Assembly (NCBI RefSeq): GCF_003367075.2
Contig: NZ_CP065936.1
Coordinates: 1,470,001-1,502,000 of the forward strand
DNA length: 32,000 nt
Direction of reading: 5' to 3'
Source of the DNA: Cylindrospermopsis raciborskii Cr2010
GTDB taxonomy: Bacteria; Cyanobacteriota; Cyanobacteriia; Cyanobacteriales; Nostocaceae
Positions 7,651-17,143 of this stretch are shown here, piece after piece. How positions within the stretch are numbered: position 1 is the first letter of the stretch; each line of letters starts with the position of its first letter. Below the pieces are notes generated by a model. It worked only from the letters and a program-made list of their open reading frames with translations, did not search any database and was not told the origin of the DNA. Made by a program: the position numbers and the translations under genes.

Positions 7651-7691
7651 AAAAAACCTGATCTCCGAGCCAGGGAATTGAATTCCCTGGC
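7651..7691 (-). terminator. hairpin + T-run downstream of the rlpA-like gene
   Basis: GCCAGGGAATT-G-AATTCCCTGGC (7669-7691) has perfect 11-bp arms. On the minus strand it is followed 12 nt later by TTTTTT (7651-7656). Confidence 0.5.
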
Positions 7692-7749
7692 CACCTCCGG
7701 AGCTATGCCAAGGTATGGATAAGTGCACAGGTAGAGTCGAGGAAAAGTA

Positions 7750-8832
7750 TTATCTACCTAGAACCTCAATCCGTACTGCAGCAACACCACTACTAACCAT
7801 CCCTAAGATTCGGGCGGCGCCCACAGAAAGGTCAATAACTCGACCACCTATATATGGTCCACGGTCATTAATTCGCACCACTACGGAACGACCATTGTGA
7901 GTGTTTGTGACACGAACTTTTGTCCCCAGAGGTAAACTGCGATGGGCTGCGGTCATGGCCTCCGGATTAAATCTTTCCCCGTTGGCCGTCTTTCTCCCAG
8001 CCCAATCATAACCATACCAGGAGGCCATACCTCTAAAGTTGATTCTGATCCCACCAATAGCAACTTTTTGGGGGAGTTTGGGTATAGATATATTTCCTGG
8101 CTTGGGTAAGTTGGCAATTTCCCTGACCTCAGCTGTTTCTCCCAGAATTTTTCTCAAATGATTGGTTGCTTGTAAGGCATCCTTTGCCAGATCGTTTGTA
8201 CCATCTGCTAACCGGGTGGATTCATTGATTTCCACCAGCTCTTTGCCGTCAAATCTAATTGTATAACCTGGATTTACTGAAGTGGGTACACTTTTATTCC
8301 CACTCGGACGATTGTTGGTAGAATATTTCCCTTTGGGATTCCAACTGACGGTAACTTGTCTACCGTCTGCACTGTCTAGCACTAGCTGGTTAATTTTCGC
8401 TGCTACTAAGCTGGCTCTATATACTGGGTCATTGACCAAAATGGATCTGGGAGACTCCTTCGCACCCCTAATACCGCCCCCGCTGGTAATTTGGGGTGAC
8501 TTACCGGTGTTTACGTTGCCGTATTTTACAACTTTACTACTCCCCACCTTTGTTTCTCCGCGAGAACCCAAAAAGGTGAGAACTGGAGTATTTCGGATGT
8601 AAAGAGTTGCTGCTTGACGACCCTGTAGGCTATGTGGTTGAATTCTGGTCACACCCTCTAGCTCAGGTTCCCGTGTTGGGGACTGGTACTCTCCCACTTT
8701 TACCGCATCACCTTTGGTAGATGCTTGTTTAATTGGGGTACTCCCCTTAGCTGTTTGAGTAAAACCCATTGCAGGTAGGCTCGCAACAGATAGAAACACG
8801 GCAGCAGTAGTCCACAAATTTTTTTGATTCAT
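7750..8832 (-). CDS. rlpA: RlpA-family septal-ring lytic transglycosylase-like protein (C-terminal DPBB domain)
   Basis: Signal peptide. C-terminal [58 protein letters not shown] matches the RlpA double-psi beta-barrel. Confidence 0.9.
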   Translation of the reverse strand: MNQKNLWTTAAVFLSVASLPAMGFTQTAKGSTPIKQASTKGDAVKVGEYQSPTREPELEGVTRIQPHSLQGRQAATLYIRNTPVLTFLGSRGETKVGSSKVVKYGNVNTGKSPQITSGGGIRGAKESPRSILVNDPVYRASLVAAKINQLVLDSADGRQVTVSWNPKGKYSTNNRPSGNKSVPTSVNPGYTIRFDGKELVEINESTRLADGTNDLAKDALQATNHLRKILGETAEVREIANLPKPGNISIPKLPQKVAIGGIRINFRGMASWYGYDWAGRKTANGERFNPEAMTAAHRSLPLGTKVRVTNTHNGRSVVVRINDRGPYIGGRVIDLSVGAARILGMVSSGVAAVRIEVLGR

Positions 8833-9838
8833 GAGTTTGTTTTTAAAGCGACTCTAGAACTTTTGTTTTTTTTACTTCTTGATGTCCTTGTGTCTTTTAC
8901 CAGGTTTTGGTAACCGAGAGGACAACGCGAAATCGTTCCGTTTTCACTTTTGATTTGTAACCCGATTACACTAACATGAATTTTTGGGATTGGGGATCAG
9001 GGATTTACCGTAGGTCTGGCTTTGTTGCTTCCTGTCATTATTCTCTTTTTTCACTCCAAACCTTTTGTAAATCAGCTTTTTGGACGTGTAACATTTTTTT
9101 TCAAATGGTAAATAATTTTTTCTTAGGAAGCCATATTAACCTGCTCTTAGCTGACTGGGCTAATATCTTGATCGTTAAATCCGACAATAATTCCCCATAC
9201 AGTAGTGAGAGTTATATTTGAAACACAAGTTTTATAGAGTATTTAGTTATAAAAAATATGCTTTGATAGAAATCTACGTACTATTTTGGTGGTTATATTC
9301 CTGTAAAATACCATAAAAGTCCCATCTTAACTGGCTGGTGGATTTATGGTTCAGTAAGAAAAATGTGATTTAAATGATATAAAAAGTACATCAATCTGAT
9401 AAAATGTAAAGTATAAAAGTATTTGGAATGATTAACTAAATATATTGATAAGAAATTAATAGCAGTATACATAAGCCGTATTAACGGATTAAATAATACT
9501 AGTGGTGAAATAGCCAAAAAATCAGCTCAATCTTAATTCGTGGTTTTTAAGGTAATAAAAGTTACTTCGTTTTTATAAGATTTACTTTATCTATCAAATA
9601 TATTGATTAAAACCAGGTATTAGCTTGATAGTAACTTTCTATATGCAAAAATTTGGTGTATTTTGTTTGTTTTATTGAAATAAGTTAAAATATGTGTTTT
9701 ACAATTAGTGCAAAGTCAGTTACCTTTTACATTAGTTTATGTATTTATTAAGTTAGCATTAATGTTGGCTTAGTATGTGGTTCGCATGTAAAGTGTATAG
9801 TATGGGATAGATATATTAGTGGGCTTGAGCTAAAAAAA

Positions 9839-11845
9839 ATGGTATCTAACACTACATCATTCAGAGATATTGAAAATCATTGGGCAAGTTTATTCATTCG
9901 CGCATTAGCCCAAAGGCGAATTCTCAATGGCTACCTTGATGGTACATTTCGCCCAGATAACCCCGTCAGTCGTGGAGAGTTTGCAGCCATGATGGGGGCG
10001 ATTATCAACTTACCAGTAAAAAGGGAATATATAACGTTTAAAGACGTTCCGGATAACTACTGGGCTAGAAATGCGATCAGAAGAGTATATGAGACAGGAG
10101 TGATGACAGGTTATCCTGATCAAACTTTCCGTCCCAATGATAGGGTGTCCAGAGCCGATGTATTAGTTGTTATAGTTAATGCTTTGGGAATTGCCAGTCA
10201 GTTTTCCCCCGAACTGGTGGGTAGACTGGCACAGGCCTATGAAGATGCAGCAAATATTCCCAGTTATGCCATTAATTCTATTGCGATCGCATCTGGGAAT
10301 AGTTTAGTAGTGAACTATCCGAATATCAAACTACTGAACCCCCAAAGTGGAGCGACTCGTGGAGACGTGGCGGTGATGATGTATCAAGCCCTTGTGTACT
10401 TAGGTAGAGTGCAAAAGATTAATTCACCATATATTGTCACACTACCTTTAGGGGTCAAGACTGTAAAGGTGAGTCACCAGAGGGAATTTCGGGGCGCCTG
10501 GATAACAGTAGTCTGGAACAGTGATTGGCCATCTAAACCGGGATTAAGTGTGGAGCAGCAGAAAACTGAACTACTGGAAATCATCAAACAACTGCAATCC
10601 TTAAACTTCAACGCTCTAATCTTGCAAGTACGTCCAGAGGGAGACGCGGTGTATGCTTCCCCCATAGAACCATGGAGTGCTTGGATTACAGGAACTCAAG
10701 GCAAAGCTCCCGAACCGATTTACGATCCCCTGGAATTTGCCATTGAGGAATGCCATAAGCGTAATATAGAAGTTCACGCCTGGTTTAATCCCTACCGAGC
10801 AAAAACCACCACCAAAAGTGGATCTAATGTTAGTCCCCATATAGCCATAACTAATCCCGAAGTGGTTTATAGATGGGGTAATCAGTTATGGATGGATCCT
10901 GGTGCCAAAATTGTTCAAGACAGAGCTTATAATGTTATTATTGATGTACTAACTCGTTATGATGTAGATGGTATTCATCTAGATGATTACTTTTACCCCT
11001 ATCCCATATCTGGTCAATCATTTCCCGACGAAAAGACATACAGTGCTTATAAAAATAGCGGTGGTAAATTGAGTGTGGAAGATTGGCGAAGAGAGAACGT
11101 CAATCAAATGGTGTGGAGGTTATCGGAAGGCATTAAAAAAATCAAAGCCCATGTAAAATTTGGCATTAGTCCCTTTGGTATTTACCGTCCGGGACAACCA
11201 GCAGGAATTGTGGGTTTAGATCCCTATAGCGTTCTGTATGCTGATTCAAAAAAATGGTTACAGGAAGGTTGGATTGACTATTTAGCACCTCAGCTATATT
11301 GGCGGACAGATCAAACACAACAAAGTTATGAAACCCTGCTAAAATGGTGGACAGAAGTCAACACTAAACAGCGACATATTTACGCTGGTAATAATATTGG
11401 ACAACTAGATGGTAAAGTATGGAAAAATTCAGAAATTGAAAAACAAATTGTCATTTCTCGCAACCTGGCTGAAAATTTTTCCCTAGGGAATATCTTTTTC
11501 AGCATGAAATCCCTAGCGGAAAATCGTCAAGGGATTGGGGATCAATTTAAACAGGTGTATTACCCTCGTCCTTCCATCGTTCCTACTATGTTATGGAGAA
11601 ATCAAACACCTCCACCGCCTCCTCAAAATATAACCTTTCAAGATGGAAAACTAAATTGGCAAAGGGGAGATAATAGATCTGTACGCTCTTGGACTCTCTA
11701 TCGTCAAACTGGGGATACCTGGATAATACAAAGAATTTTATCTGCTGGTACTACTTTTGCAACTGTACAACCAGGTAATTATGCAGTATGTGCGGTAGAT
11801 AGACTGGGTAATGAGAGCTTAGGTGTGACAATTACAGTTTCGTGA
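9839..11845 (+). CDS. SLH-domain protein with glycoside-hydrolase-like family 10 (GHL10/YngK-like) domain
   Basis: Three N-terminal SLH-like repeats (FRDIENHWA...GYLDGTFRPDNPVSRGEFA; FKDVPDNYWA...GYPDQTFRPNDRVSRADV; a third, degenerate). These are followed by a FRGAWITVVWNSDWPS...TIM-barrel-like region. No obvious signal peptide at this start. Confidence 0.85.
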   Translation: MVSNTTSFRDIENHWASLFIRALAQRRILNGYLDGTFRPDNPVSRGEFAAMMGAIINLPVKREYITFKDVPDNYWARNAIRRVYETGVMTGYPDQTFRPNDRVSRADVLVVIVNALGIASQFSPELVGRLAQAYEDAANIPSYAINSIAIASGNSLVVNYPNIKLLNPQSGATRGDVAVMMYQALVYLGRVQKINSPYIVTLPLGVKTVKVSHQREFRGAWITVVWNSDWPSKPGLSVEQQKTELLEIIKQLQSLNFNALILQVRPEGDAVYASPIEPWSAWITGTQGKAPEPIYDPLEFAIEECHKRNIEVHAWFNPYRAKTTTKSGSNVSPHIAITNPEVVYRWGNQLWMDPGAKIVQDRAYNVIIDVLTRYDVDGIHLDDYFYPYPISGQSFPDEKTYSAYKNSGGKLSVEDWRRENVNQMVWRLSEGIKKIKAHVKFGISPFGIYRPGQPAGIVGLDPYSVLYADSKKWLQEGWIDYLAPQLYWRTDQTQQSYETLLKWWTEVNTKQRHIYAGNNIGQLDGKVWKNSEIEKQIVISRNLAENFSLGNIFFSMKSLAENRQGIGDQFKQVYYPRPSIVPTMLWRNQTPPPPPQNITFQDGKLNWQRGDNRSVRSWTLYRQTGDTWIIQRILSAGTTFATVQPGNYAVCAVDRLGNESLGVTITVS

Positions 11846-11862
11846 ACTGAAGAGAGATAAAA

Positions 11863-11888
11863 AAGGGTAAAATATGTAATTTACCCTT
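11863..11888 (+). terminator. hairpin after the SLH-glycosidase gene
   Basis: AAGGGTAAA-N8-TTTACCCTT forms a 9-bp stem 18 nt after the stop. The T-tract is weak. It overlaps the TTG start proposed by the ORF track for tlyA, which favours the ATG at 11906. Confidence 0.4.
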
Positions 11889-11905
11889 TGTGTTGGATTA
11901 AAAAA

Positions 11906-12721
11906 ATGAAAGAAAGACTAGACATATTATTACTAAAACTAGAACTATGTGTTTCCCGTCAGCAAGCTCAAAGACTAATTCAAGCTGGGGAAGTAATGGT
12001 CAATCAACAAATAATAGATAAACCAGGAACAGAAATAGACATAAGTGCGGAAATTCAAATTAAAGAGCGTCCCCCCTTTGTTTCTCGTGGGGGTGAAAAA
12101 CTGGCCAAAGCAATAAAACTGTTTGAAATTTCTGTGAGGGAGCGCATTTGCTTAGATGGGGGAATTTCCACGGGAGGTTTTACCGATTGTCTATTACAAA
12201 ATGGTGCCAAACAGGTGTATGGTATTGATGTTGGTTATGGACAGGTTGACTGGAAAATCAGAAATGATGGTAGGGTGATTTTAAAAGAAAGAACAAATTT
12301 ACGAGAATTACAACCAGAACAATTATATCTAGGGTTAGATAGCTTTGCTGATTTAGCAGTTGTAGACGTTTCTTTTATTTCTCTTAGTAAAGTTCTACCT
12401 GCAGTTTGGCGTTTAACTCAAATACCAAAAGAGGCGGTGTTATTAGTCAAACCCCAGTTTGAAGTTGGCAAAAATCGTGTAGGTAAAAAGGGAGTAGTAC
12501 GGGATGCTAAAGACCATGCCCAGGCAATTTTCCAGGTTTTACAAACCGCTTTACAACTGGGATGGAATTATAGGGGATTGACTTTTTCTCCCATCACAGG
12601 ACCTGCGGGGAATATTGAATATCTTTTATGGTTGAGCATGATAGGTGAAGTCTCCCAACCGGAGTTAATAACCATCGAGGAGCTAACTAAAAAAGCAGTA
12701 AGGGAGTTAACTACTAAATGA
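11906..12721 (+). CDS. tlyA: TlyA-family rRNA (cytidine-2'-O)-methyltransferase
   Basis: N-terminal S4-like domain (RLDILLLKLELCVSRQQAQRLIQAGEVMVN). FtsJ-type SAM-binding motif (CLDGGISTGGFTDCLL). Confidence 0.9.
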   Translation: MKERLDILLLKLELCVSRQQAQRLIQAGEVMVNQQIIDKPGTEIDISAEIQIKERPPFVSRGGEKLAKAIKLFEISVRERICLDGGISTGGFTDCLLQNGAKQVYGIDVGYGQVDWKIRNDGRVILKERTNLRELQPEQLYLGLDSFADLAVVDVSFISLSKVLPAVWRLTQIPKEAVLLVKPQFEVGKNRVGKKGVVRDAKDHAQAIFQVLQTALQLGWNYRGLTFSPITGPAGNIEYLLWLSMIGEVSQPELITIEELTKKAVRELTTK

Positions 12722-13182
12722 GCAATAGTTCAAATATAAGTTCAAATATAAAATCTCTCCATGAAGAGAACTATCAATTGTGGTTAGAATCAACCATTGA
12801 CAATTTAAAACAGGGCAATTTTGACCATATAGATATTGACAACTTAATAGAAGAGATTTCCGAAATGGGCGGTAGTTTAAAAGATGCCTTAGAAAACAAT
12901 TTAATTGTGATTTTAGCCCATTTACTCAAGTGGCAATATCAACCCCAAAAGCGTTCTGGTAGTTGGAAAGCTAGTATTAAAGAACATCGACGCCGAATTA
13001 ATAAATCTATCCAAAAACACCCCTATTTAAAAAAATATTATGAGAAGATTTTTTCAGAATCCTACCTCCCCGCTGTAGATTGGGCCATGGAAGAAACTGG
13101 ATTATCACCGGAAACTTTCCCATCCCAGTGTCCTTTTACCCCTGAACAGGTGTTGAATGACCAATTTTTGCCCGGAGACTAA
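12718..13182 (+). CDS. DUF29 domain-containing protein
   Basis: 154 aa. Typical DUF29 features (YQLWLESTIDNLKQGNFDHIDIDNLIEEISEMG...AHLLKWQYQP). The start overlaps the tlyA stop by 4 nt (ATGA). Confidence 0.8.
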   Translation: MSNSSNISSNIKSLHEENYQLWLESTIDNLKQGNFDHIDIDNLIEEISEMGGSLKDALENNLIVILAHLLKWQYQPQKRSGSWKASIKEHRRRINKSIQKHPYLKKYYEKIFSESYLPAVDWAMEETGLSPETFPSQCPFTPEQVLNDQFLPGD

Positions 13183-13264
13183 TGATGAAAAAAGATGAGC
13201 AATTGCTATCCGATAAATATAATATAGGTTACAATAGGAAAACTGTAAAAAAATAGAATGTCAA

Positions 13265-14827
13265 ATGTTTTGGGCTGATAAAATCGCTGCTGATGCACAA
13301 GGTTACCAGGTAGTTAATGATTCTAAAACCCCTTCAGGAAGGGTTCACGTCGGATCATTGCGGGGTGTAGTTATCCATGACGTTATTTACCGTGCCTTGA
13401 AACATGCAGGTAAGCCTGTAAAATTCACCTATGGTGTGGATGACTATGACGCTTTAGATACGGTGCCCAAATATTTAGACCGGGAAAAATTTAAACCTTA
13501 TTTGGGTTTTCCCTTGTGTAATGTCCCTTCTCCTGGGGAAGGTGCGCCAGACTATGCTAAATATTTCATTGGTGAGTTTTTTGAGATTTTTGAGTATTTA
13601 GGAATCCAACCAGAGACCTATTTCCTACGTGATTTATATCGTTCTGGTAAAGTTAATTCCCATATCAACATCTTTTTAAAAAATGCTCACCTGGTTAGAC
13701 AAGTGTATAAACAGGTCAGTAAAGCAGATCGTCCAGAAAACTGGTACCCTTTTCAGGTGATTTGTGAAAATTGTGGCAAGATAGCTACCACTGTGGTTAC
13801 AGATTATAACGGTTCCGAGGTTTTTTACACTTGTCAACCGGACTCCACTAATTATGTTCAAGGTTGTGGTCATTCTGCTTGGGTGTCTCCTCTTAATGGT
13901 AATGGCAAATTACCTTGGAAGGTTGAATGGGTAGCCAAGTGGGACGTTTTGGGTGTAACTATTGAAATGGCCGGTAAAGACCACTCTCAAAAAGGTGGTT
14001 CTAGGGATGTGGCTAATGCCATTTGTCGTCAAGTTTTGGAGAAACAACCTCCCTTTCATTCACCTTATGAATTTATTCTTGTCAATGGCACAAAAATGAG
14101 TTCTTCTAAGGGTGTGGGTTCTAGCGCTAGGGAAATTGCTAATTTATTACCACCTGAGTTATTAAGGTTTTTAATGTTAAGAACTCAGCCAAGAACGGTT
14201 ATTAATTTTGCCCCCAATTATGAAACCATTACTCGACTGTTTCGGGATTATGATACCTTAATTAGTAAGTATGAGGTTAATCCTGAATTAACTGAAGAGT
14301 TAATGTCTTTATTTTATGCTCAACTAGGGGATGAGGTGAAGGTTTTTCAGCCTTTTGATTACAGCACATTAATTTCTTTGTTGCAAATCCCTCGGTTAAA
14401 TATTCAAGATGAAGTTGTGCAACGTAGTGCTAATTCTTTAACTGAGTATGACCAATTTATTGTCAATCAAAGAATTGCTTCAGCTCAAAGATGGTTAGAA
14501 GATTATGCGGATGAGGAAGAAAAGTTAGTTTTGTACTTAGAACAAGTGCCAGAAAAAGCCCGTGGGTTAAGTTCAGAACAGGTAACTTATATTCAAAAGT
14601 TAGCTGAAAATCTGGAATGTGCTACCCCTTGGGAAGCAGAAGCATTACAAACCGTGATTTTCTCCACTACTAAAGAGTTAAACATCCCTCCAGCGGATGC
14701 TTTTAAAGCCTTATATCTGGGATTTTTAAACAAGGAAAAAGGACCTAAAGCAGGGGGTTTATTCTCCTATTTGGAAAAATCTTTCGTTATTTCCAGATTA
14801 CAAGAAATCACAGCCTTATACCATTAG
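13265..14827 (+). CDS. lysK: class I lysine--tRNA ligase
   Basis: 520 aa. N-terminus MFWADKIA. HIGH-variant PSGRVHVGSLRG and KMSKS-variant KMSSSKG. Size and layout match bacterial and archaeal class I LysRS. Confidence 0.88.
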   Translation: MFWADKIAADAQGYQVVNDSKTPSGRVHVGSLRGVVIHDVIYRALKHAGKPVKFTYGVDDYDALDTVPKYLDREKFKPYLGFPLCNVPSPGEGAPDYAKYFIGEFFEIFEYLGIQPETYFLRDLYRSGKVNSHINIFLKNAHLVRQVYKQVSKADRPENWYPFQVICENCGKIATTVVTDYNGSEVFYTCQPDSTNYVQGCGHSAWVSPLNGNGKLPWKVEWVAKWDVLGVTIEMAGKDHSQKGGSRDVANAICRQVLEKQPPFHSPYEFILVNGTKMSSSKGVGSSAREIANLLPPELLRFLMLRTQPRTVINFAPNYETITRLFRDYDTLISKYEVNPELTEELMSLFYAQLGDEVKVFQPFDYSTLISLLQIPRLNIQDEVVQRSANSLTEYDQFIVNQRIASAQRWLEDYADEEEKLVLYLEQVPEKARGLSSEQVTYIQKLAENLECATPWEAEALQTVIFSTTKELNIPPADAFKALYLGFLNKEKGPKAGGLFSYLEKSFVISRLQEITALYH

Positions 14828-14849
14828 GTTCTTTCCGTGATGATTTCTG

Positions 14850-14895
14850 CTGTTTTTAAAAACAGATTCTAGCTATCCATACTCTATGGGTAGCT
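14850..14895. terminator. two hairpins between the convergent lysK and dacB genes
   Basis: CTGTTTTTAAAAACAG (14850-14865) is a 16-bp perfect palindrome. AGCTATCCAT-ACTCT-ATGGGTAGCT (14871-14895) forms a 10-bp stem with one G-U. Neither has a classic U-tract. Confidence 0.35.
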
Positions 14896-14913
14896 TAGAT
14901 TAGTTAGGAGTTT

Positions 14914-16287
14914 TTAGCACAATTTTCGTAGGGTTCTATTTTGGCAGGTGTAGTGAACTTTATACATGACTTCATTGCGATTGGGTGATCCCAAGGAGAG
15001 TACGGATTTATTCCCCGAATGAGGGGTAAGAGTCTTGGGAAAAATATTATATGTTGCCAACTGCTTAGCCAGTTGTTGTAAAAGCTTGTCCTGTTCAGCT
15101 CGAAAACTAGAAACTTGATTACCACGATTGATAATTGTAAACCACACTAAACCGCGATCGCGTGTAGGAAGCACCCCAGCCAAAGCACTAACATCACTGA
15201 GAGTGCCAGTTTTCATGACAGTAGCATTTGGCATATTCCGATGCTGCATTGTTCCGCGATTATCTAATCCAGAGGTAGGAAACAAATCAGCTAAGCTCAA
15301 ATTACTCGCCATTGCTTCTCGCTGAAGTGCCATAAACATAGCAGCAACTGCTCTGGGAGAAATGCGATTTTCCCTTCCTAGTCCAGAACCATTAATTAAT
15401 TGAATTTCTGACTGAGGAACCATAGCCAATTGAGATGAGATGGATCTAACCACATCTGCACCACCTATATACTGCGATAACATTTCAGCTATTTCATTAT
15501 TACTATACACATTCATCTCTTTGATGATTTGATGTAGTGGTAAAGAAAGATGACGTATTAATAAAGTTTGAGGTAGTAGTTGATTGTGGCGAGATGGTGG
15601 AGCGACCTTTATGGCACCATTAATTACCAGTTGAGGTTTCAATGTTCCCTTAGGCATAATAGAATGCTGGTAGGTTAAATTACGGTTCCAAGTTTTGTGA
15701 TTGAGGGCTTGTTTAAAGATTTGACCTGCTACATTGGGATTGCTAGAGAAATTCATCGCAAACTTGCCACTAACAACCAAATTACCCTTTATCTGTTGAA
15801 TACCCATTTTATTTAAAGTATTACCAATAGCAATAGCTTCTTCCCCCACAAACATAGGATCGCCACCACTACTAACAACTAAGTCACCATTGACCACCCG
15901 ATTAACTATAGGACTAGTAATACCAACTAGTGTTTGAAACTGATAATTGGGACCCAAGGTTTTAAAGCTCGCTAAAGAAGTAGCTACCTTAGTTAGGGAT
16001 GCAGCAGGTAGGGGTACAGTACCTTGGTGATTGGCCATTAATATGGGACCTGATTGTAGCCAAATTCCCTGATGACCGACTAAATTGGGCTCGATTAACT
16101 TAGAAGATACTAACCCTTGAAGATATTGCCTTGTGGTCATAGCTCCTACCAGACTTGGATCTGGGGCAATCACAAAGCCCGGACTGGTTTGTCCTGCTAG
16201 TGTTTCTAGAGCGCTGACAGGTTGAATTTTAATTCCCGCTAAATCCAGCCAAATAGAAATTAAACCTGAACCCAATAATTCCAGCAT
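14914..16287 (-). CDS. dacB: D-alanyl-D-alanine carboxypeptidase/endopeptidase (PBP4, peptidase S13)
   Basis: SxxK (ASLTK), SxN (YSNN) and KTG (KTGT) motifs occur in the expected order. 457 aa. Confidence 0.9.
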   Translation of the reverse strand: MLELLGSGLISIWLDLAGIKIQPVSALETLAGQTSPGFVIAPDPSLVGAMTTRQYLQGLVSSKLIEPNLVGHQGIWLQSGPILMANHQGTVPLPAASLTKVATSLASFKTLGPNYQFQTLVGITSPIVNRVVNGDLVVSSGGDPMFVGEEAIAIGNTLNKMGIQQIKGNLVVSGKFAMNFSSNPNVAGQIFKQALNHKTWNRNLTYQHSIMPKGTLKPQLVINGAIKVAPPSRHNQLLPQTLLIRHLSLPLHQIIKEMNVYSNNEIAEMLSQYIGGADVVRSISSQLAMVPQSEIQLINGSGLGRENRISPRAVAAMFMALQREAMASNLSLADLFPTSGLDNRGTMQHRNMPNATVMKTGTLSDVSALAGVLPTRDRGLVWFTIINRGNQVSSFRAEQDKLLQQLAKQLATYNIFPKTLTPHSGNKSVLSLGSPNRNEVMYKVHYTCQNRTLRKLC

Positions 16288-16447
16288 ATTTAATTCCCTT
16301 ACATTAGAATATGTAATATAATCTTATATTCAATAGATTAATATATAGATTTCCTGGGCAAGAAGAACGCGCCCAGGTTGAAATTATAGCTTTTTTTTGC
16401 CAAGTTTGCAACAGTGTGGATTTAGACACCACACCCACAATCCACCT

Positions 16448-16849
16448 TTACCCCTGCTCTGTACCCCTTTGCTCTGTTTCGAGTATCTTTTCCACAGTTT
16501 TAGACAAAGTGGATTTTTGCTCTGTTTCGAGTATCTTTTCCACAGTTTTAGACAAAGTGGTTTTAGGTACTGCACCTACATGGGAATCAACCTTTTCTCC
16601 TCCTTTAAAAAATATCAGTGTAGGAATACTGCGAATACCATACTTACTTGCAACATCTGGGCTTTCGTCTGTATTGATTTTAACGACTTTCAGTTTTCCT
16701 GCATACTGTGTAGCAATTTCCTCCACCACAGGGGCAACCATACGACAGGGACCACACCAGGGGGCCCAAAAATCAACCAATACGGGAATTGGACTGTCAA
16801 TAACTTCTTGTTTGAAAGAAGCGTCTGTAACTTCTAATGCTGCTGACAT
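16448..16849 (-). CDS. trxA: thioredoxin with an extended C-terminus
   Basis: WAPWCGPCR active site and a canonical Trx fold to ...[16 protein letters not shown]. About 26 extra residues follow, produced by the internal duplication listed as the next feature (133 aa vs about 107 typical). Confidence 0.9.
   Translation of the reverse strand: MSAALEVTDASFKQEVIDSPIPVLVDFWAPWCGPCRMVAPVVEEIATQYAGKLKVVKINTDESPDVASKYGIRSIPTLIFFKGGEKVDSHVGAVPKTTLSKTVEKILETEQKSTLSKTVEKILETEQRGTEQG
16468..16563. repeat. 48-bp in-frame tandem duplication inside the 3' end of trxA
   Basis: Units 16468-16515 and 16516-16563 are 47/48 identical. They encode [16 protein letters not shown] and [16 protein letters not shown]. 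Confidence 0.9.
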
Positions 16850-16983
16850 TGCTAAAAACCTTCATCTGATATAGTTGTGAGCTTTATGACAATTCTATCA
16901 CACCTTGACATATTGGAGATTTGATCAGAGACTTTTGCCGAAAGTGCCTCATTTTTCCTTCTAAGATTCTAAGATCTAATAAT

Positions 16984-17014
16984 TAAGAAACCGCCCGAAA
17001 TAAAGTTCAGGCGG
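16984..17014 (-). terminator. intrinsic terminator downstream of the guaB3-like gene
   Basis: Minus strand reads CCGCCTGAA-CTTTAT-TTCGGGCGG (9-bp stem, one G-U) followed by TTTCTTAATT. Confidence 0.6.
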
Positions 17015-17143
17015 AGTGTGGTGTGAGGAGTGAACGGAAACATTTGTCTCCGCTATTTCTATTGTAAGCTACAGATATGGTTTTTCGCAGGTTTGTTGAC
17101 AGTAGTGGCAAATTTTTTTTCCACAACCTAACTTAACTGACCT

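Noticed and set aside
8976-9221. 81-aa ORF in the rlpA/glycosidase intergenic region
   Set aside because: No RBS, and a Phe/Leu/Asn-rich translation typical of AT-rich non-coding DNA.
16384-16874. Three overlapping ORFs (16384-16575 minus; 16397-16837 and 16416-16874 plus) around trxA
   Set aside because: They are artefacts of the trxA antisense strand and of the 48-bp duplication, which repeats peptide strings in every frame. trxA is the only one with a real fold signature.
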